This document shows positions 37,149-52,200 of a DNA stretch of 64,000 bases, piece after piece. The stretch comes from Iphione sp. A-MEVVRFRX5 (taxonomy: Eukaryota), in contig OZ320313.1 of NCBI GenBank assembly GCA_976226885.1, positions 100,130,001 through 100,194,000 on the forward strand. Direction: 5' to 3'. The notes under the pieces were generated by a model. The model was not told the origin of the DNA, ran no database searches, and saw nothing but the letters and a program-made list of their open reading frames with translations. Every line of letters begins with the position of its first letter. Position 1 is the stretch's first letter. A program made the position numbers and the translations under genes.

Positions 37149-38075
37149 TATACAGTCCATTTCATGTTGCCTGTAGATCGAGTAAATATCATTAAATTTC
37201 TGATGAGTGTACATTTGCACGTAATAGTATTGCAAAGTCGAAATATATATTACGACTTTCTTTGTTTTACTTGAGGTGTGTAAGCCTGATAGTAAGATAT
37301 ATGTATCATTAGATTATTTCAGTTCAGTTTAACATATGTAGTCTACCATCCAGAAGCAAATTCTTAGTTAATAGCACGTATTGTGAACCCTGGTAGCGCC
37401 TCTGTGGTTTTCATTTCATTCTGTAACAAGTTTTGATCCTGCTTTGACTGCGACTATTTACAATGTTGATCTATTTCGTTTGCATTCATTGTGAAAAAAG
37501 TGCCTGCCATTATATGTCGTTGTAGATTTGCAAAAATGCAACTGCATCGAATCCTTGTCAATAGTGCTTGGGCCTTATGTATATTGTAACATTAACGCTT
37601 AATCTTATGATTTTGAAGTCAAAGTAAACAATCTAAAGGAGTTGTACTCCAAATTTCACTTTCTGATTTCGTGATTTTTATTAAACATGTAATTCCCACC
37701 AGCTTGTGGAATAAACATGTATCCTTTTATAGCATGATTTCTACTGTTCTGTTTCTTATGCAATGAATACTACATTTCATGGGAGAATTCAATTTAGGTG
37801 CGGTTATAGGCAGTGCTTTCATGTGTGTATCAGAATCATTGCGTCAGTACATGAGATTTCTACACATAATTCTAAGAGACGTCAGTATATTAGCAAGAAC
37901 AAAAATATGATCTGATGTGTTAAAACCTGATATTTAGATATATTAATGCACCAGTACTATGCATATATAGAAACAGCAATTACGTTTTAGTTTCATAACA
38001 CAGCGAATGAAGGGTTTAGATCGACAAGTAGATACAGACAATCAGTTATTGAGTTTGGGGTATTTACACTACACA

Positions 38076-38135
38076 TATAAAAGGTTGCCGGAAAGTAGTA
38101 CTGCCGTGGAGAGGAGGTATCACACAGATGTGAGT
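38076..38135 (+). promoter_or_regulatory. TATA box followed by a short first-exon-like segment and a strong donor
   Basis: TATAAAAGG at 38076, donor GTGAGT at 38130, forkhead-like TATTTAC at 38061, acceptor ttattttgttag at 38230. No downstream CDS found. Confidence 0.3.
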
Positions 38136-39689
38136 TAAAACAGAGAAAGTATTTTTTATTATAACTTATGGATCCAGTGAAAACATTGCAGGTTCTTTCC
38201 AGAATGCAATTTATTTCGTTATTTTGTTAGTTCTGGATGTATACCATGGTAAAACATTGGATGGTCTAGAAACACAGTCTTTAACGGTAAACACTTAATT
38301 GAATTATATCATACATCGAAAATCAGTCCCATTTACTCTTACCATTTGCCCTCCTTTGGCGAGCACTTCTTCCTACCCTCTGTATTAAAGTTAATGTTCT
38401 CACAGGGCAGTAAATTACAGCCTGTCCCTTTTCAAGCCATGGGCCTTACCTCTAAATATTTTCTATCCTTTTACATACACAATCCTTACCCATGTATCAT
38501 TAATTGATAGATATCTCTAGCATCCTCCCTCTCCTATCTCAATCCATAACATTTTACTGAGTAGTTACTTCTCCCCTGTTCCTTTCTGGACCTGCCCCAT
38601 TTGAACTTTTCCCTTCAATCTCATTCTGTAAGGGGGCCTTTGTATGCACAAGGACCTTTTGGCCCTGCGTGCGGGGCAGGACCTTGTAGGGGAACAGATC
38701 TTTGTATATCTAACAGGAGCCTTTCCATGCACCCGGACCGTTATCCACTGGCCCCACATGCAGATTGAAACTCTCAGAAGGTCTGGCCTGCCTGCATGCT
38801 GGTGCAGATTGTTGGTGTGCTGATTGAAGATCAGAGGCAAAAGACTGGTTAAAATAGGAGCATGTGTGTGTTTGTGTGTGTGTTTTTTGTGCAGTTCAAA
38901 TTTCAAATGTCAAACATTTAGTCACCATCTCATGTGCAATAGAGAGATATTAGTGTTGACATGCAATACAGTGAGGTAGATATAATGAGCTGTACATAGA
39001 TGTAGCTTTGAAGTGATTAGATGGATAAGTGATAATAAACCTAGAGAGAGAGTAGGTAGAGATGGAATGGATCAACATGTACATGCAGAGTGTTAATATT
39101 TCAATAAGTTGGAATGGTATGCAAACTGCATGGTGGCAGTAGCCTCACAACTAGATTCATACAGTTTCTAGTGACATACCATTCTCGATGAAAGTTCAAT
39201 TACAGACACAGTCACCTTAATCCTTTACCCAGTGGCAACAGCAGCACCCTTTGTGCAATCATACAGTATTACTGTGTGTCATTATGCCTATTCATGGCCA
39301 ATAACATAACCTTCCCATAGCATAAGTTATTTCCACAGTGTTTGAAATGCTTTACATATGGCAACAAGGCCTGTAGCTACAGATGGCCCAAAGTAAGATC
39401 ACTTTAGGTCTGATCACCATAAAGTATGAAAACTAATAATTAAAACACCTGACGGACAAGCAGTAACACCCTTAAGGTACATATAACTAGCAGAGTAGAA
39501 TCAATTCCCCTCAAAGGGGGATGTGCAATCTCATAGCTGGCCCACACACCATGGCAACCCATACATTATAGTCAGCTCCCAGCTCACAGGGTCATTGTTA
39601 ACTCATCCATCCACACCAAGGTCAAGCTGAGTTACCCTCATCTCGACTCCTGTGCTTTAATTCACTGTCGTCCTGAGACAAATGACACT

Positions 39690-39860
39690 CATCCAGAGTC
39701 AGGGCCAATTTCCTCTTCGTCACCACGGAGTCGAAGGCATTTCTCAATGGCTCTGTGAGGCAGCTTTTCACGTGCTCTCAGATCAGCTGGTAGACTGTTC
39801 CAGCATTTCACTCCATGGTAGCACAGGGACGAAGCAAATTTGGTTGACTGTTCGGATGGG
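39690..39860 (-). mobile_element. 3' fragment of a CR1/L2-group LINE
   Basis: SSLCYHGVKCWNSLPADLR, matching the SF.Y.G.KLWNSLP terminal motif. Confidence 0.65.
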
Positions 39861-40399
39861 GTAACTACCCCAGTAGCTCCTTTCCTCTCCAAGTCCTGCT
39901 AGGGCTGCAGTTCTTTTTGAATTCCTGTCAAATCTGCATCATTTATGTGTTTTTGTGCAGATCTCTTTGAATTCCTGTTAAATCTGTGTAAACTTTATGC
40001 AAATTAAATAATTTAATCTGAACTAACATATGTTAGACAGTCCCATTTCTACATAATTCCATTCTATTCTATTCTATTCTATTCTCTAGAATCGGCAGTC
40101 CAGGCATTTCCAACCCATTATATACATGGATCCCCTAACCCACACCCTGTTGTGTGGTGTGCGTACTCTGCATAGTCTGGCCCTACACGCAGATTTCAAT
40201 CCATATGCATGGAAAAGGTCCCTTAACCTCAACTTTGTGTCCTAATAGCTCCTGATGCCCACAAATCCATAACACATGTATTTTTATTGTAATGGTTATT
40301 ATATTCAATTTTATAGAGATATTAAATGCATCTTAAATGCAATATGTTATTCACAATAGCAAGGAGGTCAAGTAGGGATGAAGACTGGGCATATGTTAG

Positions 40400-41640
40400 G
40401 GAATACAGATGGTATTGTAGATTCTTCATACGCTGGAAGGAGAAATGCATGATACAGGAGGAGCCGACACAGAATAAAAGGGATACTGGCTAATTCTTGA
40501 CAGTCTTTAAGAAAGACAGGGATTGCATAGTCAAGACTAATCTGTATGTGGAATGTAGTGGCCTTAGGACAGGTGCGGCTGGAAGCAGGGAATGCTGTAA
40601 ATGAAATTTTCATGGGTATAGGTGCAGAGCTAGCAGAAAAGTTAGGAGATTATATCCCAGATGAGGCGGAGCAAAACATACGTCATGCTTGGGTTTAAGT
40701 TATCAGAGGTCACACCAAAATAGGTAAAGGGATATATTAATTCACTGCATAACAGCAAGAGGCCCAGTGTAGAATCAATACCCAACGAGCACATGAAAGC
40801 TCGTCTAACAGCCCTACTTGGCCATGTAATAAGCTGCTTTGATTGGAATCTGGGTGATGTTAAAGGATGCCTGTAGAAACAATTTAGACAGAAAAACAGT
40901 GGTCTGCTACCAATAAGATTATGGTCAATGTGAATACAACATTCATGACCTTTAGGCACTGGTTCCCTATAAGAAACTGTCCCAAGCACAGAGATGAACA
41001 AATATCAAGAGTCCATTGCTTTAAATACCTGGGGGTAATGCTAGACAGGCACTCACTTTCCATGCCCATGTAAGTAAAATTTATGGCAAGATATTTGGGA
41101 AATTGAATATTACAAAACTGAAGGGCCTACTAAGCAGGCAGATAAGGATCCTTATTACTAAGGTGATGATTCTTCCAATAATTGAATATGGGGTGAAATA
41201 CTTCCGGTGAACAATGCAGTAGCCTTTGTCAGGCTGGAAAAGCTATACAAACGGGTTGTAAGGTGACTAGTTGGAAGCGGGTTGAGCAGCAAGGAGAGTC
41301 TGTGGGTAGCCAACTGTAGCAAGCTCGCAACTAGACGTGATTTCAGAATTCTGTACATCATGTATAACAAGGCAAAGGATGGGCAGGACGGTAAGAATCC
41401 CACAGCGAGGGTGAGGCACAGATGAAACTGTGTTTTCCAAGATATAGACCTCAAAAGGAAGGATATGAAGCCAATACTGAGTACCAAGGAAGCATTCTCT
41501 GGGGGCTCCTACCAGTGGGAAGTGAGCATCTGGATAAACCCAACTTCAGGTAGGTAGCCTCAGGGATGTTAAAAGAAAGGAGGTAAAATAACTGTGGGGT
41601 GATCTGGTATGGTGAGCATCATCAGGTGAAGACAAGGCGG
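40400..41640 (+). mobile_element. CR1/L2-group LINE relic with the RT core deleted
   Basis: Pre-RT motifs NAVNEIFMGIGAELAEKL and YINSLHNSK..SIP (~40590-40800) are followed almost directly by post-RT motifs FKYLGVMLD..HVSKI..ILPIIEYG (~41020-41195). Confidence 0.7.
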
Positions 41641-43847
41641 TTCCAAAATAAAGAATAAATGCAAAGAATGTCTACTCTCATCAGGCGCCATTTGCTGGAG
41701 AATTAACACAAATCCTGTGCTGATGATAGGTCAGGAACAATACTGCAGCTGAGATTACATTTTTAGGTATGTTGCGTCCTCTTCAGGCGTTGTCTGATGG
41801 GGACCTACCTATAACAATGAAATAATGAGGATCTGCTTTCTGTGACAAAGGATATACTTTAAAACTTAGATCAGCTTAACCATTAAATAGCTGAAAGAAC
41901 GTATCAGATTTATACTATCCCAGCAGCCCGTGCAAGCCATGATGATTCTACATTATGTATATAAGTACAATGTATTTAATGTATATATTGCGTAAATCCA
42001 CCTATTTCAGATTTCGGATACTGAGAAAATCCCAGTATCGCACGTACTTTATGTATATGAATTATCAGGAAAAATAAAACCCTAAGAAAACCTTTGGACC
42101 TCACGCTAATATACTACTGATACTATGTTCCTTTGTATCAAGCATTGATATTTTCATGAAGCACATACAGTGGAGACCAAGATGGAGGCTGGATCACAGT
42201 AGACACCAAACCAGGAAAAAGACAAAGATTTCAGAGAACTAAAGGCGAGAAAGATTCGTGCCTATTTGACTAAACTATTGGAGAGACCATTGGAGAGACC
42301 AGCATTGCCAAGCCCCTAGTTTGATAAGCTTTGTAGGTTTTTACTGTATTTTAAACCTCTGCTTCTCTACAGAGCACATTTAAGCACTATCCCCATGGAC
42401 ATGAATAAGCGCTATTCCCATGGACATGAATAGTTGGCACGCAACTCGTTGCTTGGTGTGTGCTACCCGGACCTTCCCACAACAGATGGTGGGGTCTACC
42501 CCCATGTGTGCAAAATATACATTGTCTTCCTGATGTGTGTGTATGTGTGCACATCTCCCTGGATTCCTCTCAAATTGGTGTAAATAATGTGTTTTTGTGT
42601 GCAGATCTCACTGAATTCCTGTCAAATTTGTGTAAATGATGTGGTTTTTTGTGCACATCTCATTGAATTCCTATTTTTTCTACTCTATTCTGTTCTATTA
42701 TATTCTATTCACAACATGCAAGAGGTGGCAGGGTGCGGGGTTCCCAGATGAACACTGATCACCCCACACGCAGCAGGTGGTGGGTCCGGGTATACCCGCG
42801 CACATTGGGGTAGTTCTACGTGATGCGTGGGGTTTGGGTGGGGGAATATGGGTGACAGCCGTGACCTGCTACCATTCTACCGAGGGACATGCGAAGGCAG
42901 AGCGATACTTACGAGATCTGTGTATTTCTAATTGTTCAAAACATCTAATGTTTTACTAAGGAAACCAGGTTTTGGAAATAAGTCTTTCAGTACACAATGG
43001 CCTCACATAGCCATAACTGTCAGTATCTTTAACAGCTAACCACGGAACCGATTTTTGTTAAACTGAATTATCACAAGCACATTTCAACCATGCACTGAGC
43101 AGCGCTTTTTTTTACCAGCTCACCATTGCCCTCTCTTTCTCACCCGTATGTATCATTTTTTCAATGTGTCTAATGTAGGATAACATGTACATGTTACAAC
43201 CAATATATGCATAAATGTCACTAGTAGATCACAGGCTATTAAGATCACAGCTATTGGCCTGACTGTTTCGAAGGCTTTGGTGTATCACAGGTGGACATTG
43301 ACAGTTTAAAGCTGCAAACCTTCCCCCTTAAAATTTTTTATGAGTGTCAACAAAAATATATCACAGCAAACTTGTGTATAGCGATAAATAAAGGGAGCTG
43401 TAGCTGAATCTGTATGAATGTTACCTTTCAGTGAGTCTCAAACTCCTACTTTAGATGGGTGTTGACAGTGAAAGTTAAAACGGATAAAAAGTAATAAGGC
43501 TAGATGGGCAGGTAGTTGTTTGCCTATGTTGCACCCAAGCTTGAAATGATGCAATCACAAATTCAGAGTATAATAGAACGCATAAATTACGTTAATTTGA
43601 GCCTATATGTACACATTTAAACATTTTCTATGTGCACCTTCAGACTGATCATATATCGGGTCTCACAGTCTGTTAAATTTTAGCCGAATTTTGTGACTAT
43701 GCCTACAGTATATTCATAGCACACAACATTACCTCAGTGCAGAGCATTCCAATTCACAACTGCTTCATAGCACAGTGATCACTCATATAGGAATGACAGC
43801 CTGGTATGTGGAATAACATCAAATGCTTTTTTAAAGTCAAAATAGTA

Positions 43848-44584
43848 CAGTACACTCTCTCCATTCCGGACACCCTTGGTTCTGGCCCAAACTGTCCGCA
43901 TTTGAGACGTGTCCACATTGGAGATCGCTACAGGGGGGTCAAACTAGAAAATGGAATCCCTTTCTCCCTCTCTCTCTACAACTGATATGTACATACCAAA
44001 TACAAGGCATCTCTAGTAACAGGTGTATACTCTCTGAAACATCCAAAATGTGCTGAATTTGATGACTCTAAGTCCAAAAAGTGCTGGATTTGATGACTAA
44101 AAGTCCAAAAAGTGCTGAATTTGATAACTTAAAGTCCAAAAAGTGCTGAATTTGATGACTAAAAGAGGTGTGAGATACGCTCCCTCCAGGGTGTGAGAGA
44201 CATCAGAGAGGTCGCCATTGACACTCCATACCTCTCCCACCTCCCTCTCCAGGGTGTGAAGTACATCAGAGAGGTCACCGTTGATGCCCCTGGCGGGTAT
44301 AGACCACGAATCGGCAGGTTTAGACCGTGAATTGGGGGGTTTAGACCAAGAATAGATTGGTTTAGACTGATTTCAAGGTGTGAATTCACATTTCAAGGTG
44401 TAAATTCGCACAAAAACATGTACAGAGGGTGTCCAGAGGGAGGCATCCCCAAAATTTTGGTGTCTGCATTGGAGACATCAGCTTATAATGGGAAACAATA
44501 GGAAATCATTTCATTCTGCGTCAAATCGTCCGCATTGTAGACGCGTCCGCTTCCGAGACGCGTCCGCAGGCAGGGAGTGTACTG
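43848..44584. mobile_element. 737-bp TA-flanked MITE carrying the 31-bp (x4) and 63-bp (x2) minisatellites
   Basis: TA|CAGTACACTCTCT ... AGGGAGTGTACTG|TA. Subterminal GGACACCCTTGGTTCTG.CCCAAA.TGTCC..ATTTGAGACGTGTCC is shared with the 22929 MITE. Internal repeats are reverse complements of those in 20412-21265. Confidence 0.88.
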
Positions 44585-45379
44585 TATAAGACAAGTATTT
44601 TAACCTTGGTTGCAGTTGGTTAGACTGCTGTAAGTGTGCGACTTCTTCCATACTTATCTGTGACTTAAGCTGGCACTGCACCATAAATATTTCCATTGTT
44701 AGGAATAATGTTGCTCGCTATGCATGCTGTAGCCCTTATGCTACACACCCGATTGACTATGCTTGGTGACCAGAGTCATTAGTCACTTCCAGTGAGTGTG
44801 TGTTCAAGTTAGTTGTAGACTCTTGTACTCACCCCCACATGCCGTTCTACACTGACACAAATAATTGTTGCCTTAGATAACAATCCTCCCACTCCACCAC
44901 AAGCAGAACGCAGCCCATGGAGTATTTCATGAGGCTGTACCTTTTTGCACGGGGTCATCAAGAATATGTCAGAGTACTCCTCCACTCCAACATGTTGTCT
45001 TCATCACCACCCGCTTTCTCTATGCCTGCATACCCAGCCCTCTATTCTGTCCATCCCAGACAGACTTCTTCCTGCATGTCTCTCAATGTTCTTTATCCTT
45101 TATCATCTCTGTAAGCAACCCACCCACTCCCCTCTCCTGTGAGCCCCCCCCCCCTCAGCTGTCAAATACTTTAACCCCCTCCTTTCCTTAGATATCCTCT
45201 AACCATTTTACTTTTCACACATCACCCCATTGTCCCCATGCCAATTGCTCACTCCCCCTTTTAACAAGTATTGTATCTACACAAGTTCACCCTGGCCAGG
45301 AGTGCAGCTCTCGCCACTGACAGAGCAAAAACCTAGACGCCAAAGCATGACTCCAGTGGGTCCCTGTTTAGATCAACCC

Positions 45380-46050
45380 AGCATTTGAAATTTGGCTTCT
45401 CTACTTTCCTTACCACATCTGGGACACAGTTCCAGATCAATGCTGCCTTGTACTGCAGGCTCCGTGCATACGAGCCACTTCTAGGGTGTTACATCTTGAT
45501 TCGTGGATCAACACCTATCCTTGTCACTGTCTGTTTGGCATGGGTAGAAGGCCCAGTATCATCAGTCGATGGATTGTGGACATAAAACAATGCATAATCA
45601 AATCCTTTGCCCTCTCAACCCTGACCTGCTCACAGATCCTCCTCACAGATGGCCACCTACCATTCTGCATGCACAGTCCCACACATCTGTTCAGATGAAT
45701 TTGCAAATTCATTAACATTGCCTTTGAGCACCTGAAGAACAACAGAGCATTAAACTGCAGATGTGTAAAGACTAATGCCTAAAATAGCATTATCCTGGCA
45801 CGTAGTGGTAGTAGCTGTTTGCATCTTCTTATCCGCAGGGATGCAGCCCACATTTTTGCCTTAGTTTCTTTCAAAGCTTCTTTAATTCAGTTGCGAATCC
45901 ATGACATACCCCAGTACTCTGTCTTAGTGACCATCTTAAGTTTTGCATCATTTGCTACAATGTCTAGGTTTGTATTTATTGCTTTACCAAGGGGTAGGTA
46001 GCAACATTTGTTCTCACTTATCAGTAAGCCATTATTACTACACCAATGGC
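45380..46050 (-). mobile_element. 3' part of a CR1/L2-group LINE
   Basis: WCSNNGLLISENKCCYL..KTEYWG, ..ARIMLF*ALVFTHLQF.., and SLQYKAALIWNCVPDVVR on the minus strand. Confidence 0.72.
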
Positions 46051-46079
46051 ACACTGCATCAACCGTTAATAATAATGTC

Positions 46080-49000
46080 ACTAACAAGGAAATAGAACTA
46101 CAATCTCATATGTGGATTAGGAATGGCAGGAAGTATGGTGGAGTAGCATTTCTAATAAAAAATAATCTAACAATGTTTACAACGGTTAATGATATAGCTA
46201 CTATTTCATCCAGAAATATTTAATCTCTATGTATTCAAATACAAAAACCTAACAACAGATTAAAACACTCATGGTAATACATATACTGCCTAATGGATCC
46301 GTCAAGGAATGTTTTAGAACTATGAATAACATTATTGACACGTGTAAAAACATCTGAAATTATTGTCAAGGGTGATATGAATATTGATATGAGCAAACAA
46401 CGAACCAGTGAATATCATGAAATGGTACATTTTTTGTATACAAACAATTAATATTAGGGAAGAACCAAACCAAGAAGGGGTACAAATACTACCCCGTCAA
46501 CAATTGATCTATTACTGACGTATATCCCTAACAAGATTATGTATCATGGAAGAATTATCAAAAAATTCAGTGACCACTATTCTTGGAGTTGGCAATCCGG
46601 GCACTTCTAGCTAGTGAGCATGTAAGCAAACAGCTGTCAGAGCTGAATTCTTACCAATTTAAAAAGCATCATATATTTTCATTGTGAACAGTGTATAAGT
46701 TTACCCTTAATGTAACTGATCACATTAGTGTTTAGATTAAAATACTCTTCTAAAAGTTTTAATTTAGCAAAAATACTGCAGACGTGAAGAGTGGGTGATA
46801 ATCAGGGAGTTCCTACATATTCTAATATAAACTCTTAGGCCTGGTGAAAACAAACTAATGATAGTTTTGACATATGCACTTAATCTAGAGCTAGTTCTAC
46901 ATGTATTGTCATCATGATATCATTTTTACCTCTGAAATCATTGCCAACAGATTATTGTAGGCATAAACATTATAATAGTTCAAAGAGAGAAACCCACTTC
47001 TTTTCACCTCCACCCCAGGCAACCTGACTAAAGCTACAAGCCTTATCAGTCACTGTGACGTCATGCCGACTTGTAGTGGATATATGCTACTTTCAAAGTA
47101 CCTAAGTCGATTAAACCAAAAAGAAGGACTGTGATGAAACGAAATTTCGAAAATGTAGATAGCGGACTATGATAAATAGAGTGTTAGATCGATGCAAGAT
47201 GTTGAACGAGATCCAACGATATTTTATTGTAAATTTATCGAAGTCCTGACAAATGAGTGTACTCTGGTAGCTCCATTCGAGGAATTTATAGTTACTTATG
47301 ATAAAGCGACATGGACAGATAAAGATGTAATGGAACAAATTAATTTAAAACGATAGTAAAGCAAAGAAAACAAAAGGTGATGACCACTGGAAAGCAGCGA
47401 AACTTCAACGAAATTTATGTAGGAAATATTTAATTTCAAAGAAAAGATTTTTTATCCAGCAAAGGTTGTATGAAAATGTCAAAAATCCTTGGATTGTCTA
47501 TAACAAAGTAAGTGGAAGTGGAAAAGAACAGAATAGTATTGAAAAACTACATTAATCTAATAACACTCTCATAACACATAACGGGCAAACGTCTGAAGTA
47601 TTACATAAATTTAGTGCAAAAGTTCGTACTATAATACACAAGAATATTCCTGAACGAACAGTGGAAATACAACAGGGGGAACTGACATATGACCAACAAA
47701 TATTTTACTTCAGACAAATAACAGAAGATATCGTCAAAAAATAATTCAAGGATTACCTACTCATAAAAGAACAAGTATTGATCTATTACCAATGTTTATT
47801 TTGAAAAAAAAAGATATAAATGAATTTTCGTATACCAACAAAGTTAGTAAACAAAATTATAAACGACAACAAAATGTTTGACGACTTAAAGGTGGCAACT
47901 ATCACTCCAATATACAATGGTGAAGATGCAAGGAAAATGGACAATTAGAGACTAGTTTCGGTATTCAACGTAATGCTCCAAATAGTTGAAAACGTGCTGA
48001 GAAATCAACTGTATATGTATTAAGAAAGAGATAATTTATTATATGAGAAACAAAGAGGATATCGTAACAATAGATTAACATTGGATATAGCATGTAATGT
48101 ATTAGATAATATGAAAAAAACAAGTATCCAACAAAGAGACGTGTGGTGTGCTTTCTAGATTTAAAAAAGGTTTTGACACAGTAGATCACGGGAAATTGAT
48201 GAGAAAACTACATAATTACAACCTATCAAATGATAGCATACAGCCATTAAAAATATCTAACAGGAAGAAGACAAAGAACAAAGGTTAATGGAATTGTTTC
48301 CTCATATAAACAGGTAAATAAAGGAGTGTCACAAGGATCTATCATGGGACATATTTTAGTCAATCTATTTATTAATGATCTGCCACAGTATTGTAAAGAC
48401 CTTGGTATTATTTACATATTTGCTGATGACCATACTTGTAATAACTCATGAAACAAACATCCTGACAAGGCGGTTGATAATATGAACAACATGCTCTCAA
48501 GAGTACATGAATGGTTAATTTATAATAGATTACAATTAAACATAAAGAAAACTCAATATAATACTATTAACAAACAAAATGAAAAAGATATAAGTAACAT
48601 TTCAGGGATCAACTTCAATGGCATGCCTATCTTACAAGTAAATGTATATAAACATGTTGGTATGACAGATTGACCTTCAAGTATCATACTAGTGAACTAG
48701 AAAAGAAAATAAGAAATAATGGGAGTTGTCTAACAAGAAATTCAAAATTATTCAACACAGAACAAAAATTGTTATTGTACAAAACAATAGTTGTACTTTT
48801 GTCAGACTACATGGATTTTGTATCGGCCAACAACAAAGCCAATATCAAGAAAGTGCAAATTAGTCATAAGGTACTCAAAAGATTAATTACCATTGATGTT
48901 GTGATGCCGATGCACTAAGGATGTATTCAAACAATGTAATATATTGACAATATCACAAAGAGTCCAGTTAAATTTTCTAATAATGGGCTATATGGCAATG

Positions 49001-49260
49001 AGAAGGTATCTACCATCTTTTGAAAAAAAATATTACAAACAAAGAGATATGACTATCAATTTAAGAGTTACTGAAAGACTACTATTCAAACAAGTGATTA
49101 TAAATCTGCATTGGAAAGTGCAATGACAAGAAACAGAGTAACCAAATTGTGAATACTTATACTCCACCCCCAGATAGCGGTTTGGACAGAGAAGAATTTA
49201 AAAAGATGACTACAAGGTTGACCTTTGAAAAAGTTGATCATCAAACAATAATACAATAAT
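46080..49260 (+). mobile_element. Near full-length but decayed CR1/L2-group LINE (APE + RT)
   Basis: APE: YGGVAFLIK, GDMNID, STIDLLLT. RT: KVATITPIYNG, FLDLKKGFDTVDH, GVSQGSIMG..LFINDLP, IFADD, WLIYNRLQLNIKKT. Many stops. Confidence 0.88.
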
Positions 49261-52200
49261 TACTGGATATATAACTTACAATTAGTAATACAACACCATA
49301 TGCAGATGCATATGAAAATCGATTGTCTTATCGATTATGTACTTGAAGTTTCTTCGACTTGGAGAGGACCTCATATGGTCAGGGTGGCTTGGGAAGTGCC
49401 TGCTGGCCATGGAGGTGTGCTGAGAGTCTGGGGACGGACCTCTCATGGCCGGGGCGGCTCGAGGAGCGCCTGTCGGCTACAGGGGGCTGTTAGAAGTAGG
49501 GGAAGGGTCTGTCACAGCCAGGGCGGCTCAGGGGGGCGCCTGCTGGCTTGGGGGGGGGGGGTACTTGGAGAAAGGGGAAGGATCTGTTGCAGCCATAGCG
49601 GCTGTATCGGGCAGGTAGTGGCTGTGATTGATGCTCCCACCTGATTCCCTCCCACCCTGGGGTTCACATCAATCACCCAAGCTCCTGACTAGGGTGAGAA
49701 AACACCCAAACTTGCCAGCTCAGCATCAAAGAGGGAACACTCTTTCAGTTTACCAAAGGATTCCCCATAGGCCTTCGAAGAGAAGCAAACCCTGACATAA
49801 CACAATAAACACTTCAAAGAATAAGCCCCTCCCGCCTTAATATTGAGTTCCCCCTTGCAGTATGGAGGTTCCAGCTCTGCTATATAAGACAGAACTCGGC
49901 TGTGACCCCTGAGGGCCGGATCAATAGCTGCTAGTAGCTGAAATAAACTAATCACACATCCTGGATATGGACCCATGTGCATGTTCGTTTTCCCCTATGT
50001 AGAGTATACATAATGATACCAAACTTGGGAGCGACCAATGTTGGTCAGTCCGAAGCTTGGTCTCTTATACGGGTTTCAACCGTATTTGGGAAGAATACAG
50101 TCCATGACATTCTCCAATACAGTGAGTACTAGTTACCAGTTCTTGTGACCGAGGAAAACCTCAAGTATCAACTTGTTGGGAGACAGTAAGGTTTATAGTC
50201 GCCCTGAAGTTGAATGACGTACAGTGGTCCAAGGTAACATGTTCCAGGTAATGTCGGTATGATGTGGGAATTGGTGGTCGTGGTCGCCTATAGTAGAAGC
50301 TCCAAGTACAGTATTACGTATATATCAGTCATTTAGGCAGTATTGTTGGTTGGATGGCTGTTGGTTGCAGAGCAACCACTGTACAGTGAAAGGAGCCATC
50401 CTCTTCAATGATCTCCTGAAGAAGGCAGAAGTCTTCAGAAAGGCTTTGAAATGGGGGACTGTACCTGCATAGTGATGTCGCACAGCCACCTATACTAGAC
50501 CTTTGATTATACTGGACTAAGGGGCAATCACGTATCCATATATTCCTACGTCTGCGGATGTGTAGACGTAGAAAAATACCCATCCTGTATTAAATCATAT
50601 AGACCCTTCAGTTGTGCATGTGCTTGTGTACGTCAACGGAGCATACACATAGATGACGAACTGGTCCAGGGTGGGTTTTCTACATCTTTGTTCCGTAGGA
50701 AGCAGTGGTGAAGAGACATCTGGTTAACGTATGTAATTAATTAAAATAGACACTGCAGGAGGTATTCCACATCTCTGGACATGTAGACATGCCTTTCGTC
50801 TGTTGCATAATGGATACATGTGAACCGCCCCTAATTGTTAAGTGAGCAGATGTGCTCAAGAGGTAGTATGGATAAGGATCTTGTATTTGGCAATGACACG
50901 TAGGTATTTCTGTAACACTTAATGTGAAACTATAACTGTAAACTGAAGTTCTTGCAAGGTGATATCAGCAGTTCGGATTCTTATGATATATAACATTTAA
51001 AACATTTTGTGGAATTTGATGGAGCATTCTTCCGGTAAGATGGGTGTGACTAGTGATGCGGCAAACATGTATAATAGATAAACCTCTGTATGTGTTAAAA
51101 CGTCAGTTATGCCAATGTCTTATACGCTGAAATTTTGCTTTCTACAATAAATGCCAGATTCGAGCCTACCAAAGAAGCGTCTTGATTGGTAGCTCTAACC
51201 CTTATGCAATGCTGTTGTTCATATATAATGCAATGAAAACGCACAGGTTCCTATTTATGTAGCTCGGATAGTAAATGCAATAACATTAATTTATTTGTAG
51301 AGTAGGGTGTTTCAATGAAGTTGTCTTTATTGTGTACCCGAATTTTTGTAAATTTCAGTGAATCAAAAATGTGCTGAAAGCTGAAGAAAGAAAGACAAAT
51401 TCTGATAAAGATAACTTTATTTCAATACAGAAACTTGGCAATACCGTTGAGATTCTTAGCTCAGCTTTTAACGACATCCGAAAACATATAGACATTTACA
51501 TTTAACATAAATAAAGTAAACAAGAGAGGCGCCTCTATACCAGGCTACACTAAAACAATTGCGACAGTCCATTCTATTCCAAAAACTAAAACATTGAGCT
51601 TTATCAGGCTGAGGAAAGCATTGTAATACAGTTAGCTGATTTAGTATGCTTTCACTTCAGTAGGCAGTGCATATCCTCTGTAATACCCTGAAACATTAAA
51701 GTACGAATTTATTTTGTATCGACAAGATAAGAGATCTTGAATAAAAATGTATATACGAATGACATCTTTATCATATGATCACATGTAAGTGCTTTGGGTA
51801 ATAATTTACTTTCCTCTCTGAATCTACAATAGTGACACACTTAGCAAATAAATAGAGAATATGAGATAAATATATTAAACAAAAAAAGTATTGTGAAAGA
51901 CAAATCGGAATTGTAATCCTTGGTTAGAAAGTTTTACCATCACATCGTTGTCTGACGAAGACCCGGGAGGGTCGAAAGTTTACGACCATATTGCGATTTC
52001 GGGAACTCGAAATAAAGCCAGAATTTTACTTAAGCCGACGTTAAAGGTATTTTGATTTCACATCGTTTTACCTTACAGTTCAGCTTATTATGTACTTGAC
52101 TACTCGATTAATCCCATCTCTTGATATCCATTCTGGGATGAGTGATCACTGTATCTTGACTAACAGGTATATTCTTCACATTTGTTGTACTAGTTAGCAT

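Noticed and set aside
49340-51000. Ngaro RT start (FTKGFPIG, ~49750) and an old LINE 3' end (WNMLP, ~50240)
   Set aside because: Single short motifs without collinear support; probably decayed transposon sequence but not assignable.
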